64,000 nt of DNA from Lophium mytilinum (lineage: Eukaryota). Positions 63,401 through 64,000 of this stretch are shown here, one piece after another. The notes beneath the pieces were generated by a model. It had not been told where the DNA came from. It made no database searches and was given only the letters and a program-made list of their open reading frames with translations. The first letter of the stretch is position 1; every line of letters begins with the position of its first letter. Both the position numbers and the translations under genes were made by a program. The stretch spans positions 620,001-684,000 of the forward strand of contig MU004190.1 in assembly GCA_010093605.1 (NCBI GenBank), read 5' to 3'.

Positions 63401-64000
63401 TTACGTGTCCCAGTCGCCGTAAGTGTTTGCTAATCCTTGCATGAAGTCCAAGTTTTGACCTGATGTTTCGTGTGGAGAGTGCCGGAAGATGGTATGAGGG
63501 TCAGGCACCATCATTTGCGGTGCTTCCAGGACTGGATGTGACCCAGTCTGGTCCATCATGAGATCCGGCGTATGTATCGAAAAGTTGTTTAAGTTGAAGT
63601 CCATGACTGGTTGATCGTCTTGTTGTGAGAGTTCTTCAATCACTGTGTCGCGGTCTTGTCGCTGAATAGACTCATCTACGACGCGGTCGCGCTCTTGGTT
63701 CATCGAGGCTGTACCTGAGGAGCCAAACATCTCATAGTCGCTTGACGAGATGGCAATTTTGAGAGCCTCGAGAGCATGTTTTGCAGCCTCTATGGTTTCA
63801 GCGAGCTCAACTAACAGTTGGTATGCGCTATGGAAAGACTCCAGAGCTGCAGATCCATCTGTCTGTAACTCTGGATCTTTGAGAAGGTAGGCGAGGTGAT
63901 ATATACACTCAACCAACGCAGTGCTGATGAAGTAGCCGGAAGGTCGAATGCCGGGACAAACACTAGCAAACGCAGCAATGGCTTCGATACTGTCTCGTGC
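63401..64000 (-). CDS. 3' end of a gene, probably a fungal-specific transcription factor (partial)
   Basis: The frame is open to the window edge (..SGYFISTALVECIYHL..AYQLLVELA..AKHALEAL) and ends in an acidic tail (GDWDT), as is typical of Zn2Cys6 TF C-termini. The DNA-binding domain is not in the window. Confidence 0.55.
   Translation of the reverse strand, partial: ARDSIEAIAAFASVCPGIRPSGYFISTALVECIYHLAYLLKDPELQTDGSAALESFHSAYQLLVELAETIEAAKHALEALKIAISSSDYEMFGSSGTASMNQERDRVVDESIQRQDRDTVIEELSQQDDQPVMDFNLNNFSIHTPDLMMDQTGSHPVLEAPQMMVPDPHTIFRHSPHETSGQNLDFMQGLANTYGDWDT

Noticed and set aside
1..64000. tRNA, rRNA, snRNA genes and intact transposases or Starship captain recombinases
   Set aside because: None recognised by eye; tRNAscan-SE, Rfam and repeat searches would be needed to exclude them fully.

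Overview
A 64-kb window from an intron-containing filamentous ascomycete (Pezizomycotina) genome, with about 24 protein-coding loci. The left part holds a DHA2-type MFS efflux pump, a conserved hypothetical protein and DUG2. The main finding is at 22.2-24.9 kb: a head-to-head pair encoding a UstYa/DUF3328 oxidase (two HxxHC motifs) and a secreted Kex2-processed repeat precursor. The precursor carries six 30-aa repeats with the core (ALE)FAGASYS[H/R]LY. This is a candidate dikaritin-type fungal RiPP pathway whose core I do not recognise, with an NmrA/isoflavone-reductase-like gene and a Zn2Cys6 regulator nearby. Next come a phospholipase B and a VOC-family gene. The accessory region at 30-51 kb contains tandem head-to-head pairs of a coiled-coil gene family with a DUF6590-like gene, an ankyrin-HET gene, RIP-like relic DNA, an epoxide hydrolase and a decayed metzincin pseudogene. 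The right end is a compact, probably catabolic cluster (BVMO, esterase, sugar-porter MFS, P450, acyl-CoA ligase, partial transcription factor) with peroxisomal targeting signals. All calls come from reading motifs by eye; no database searches were run.
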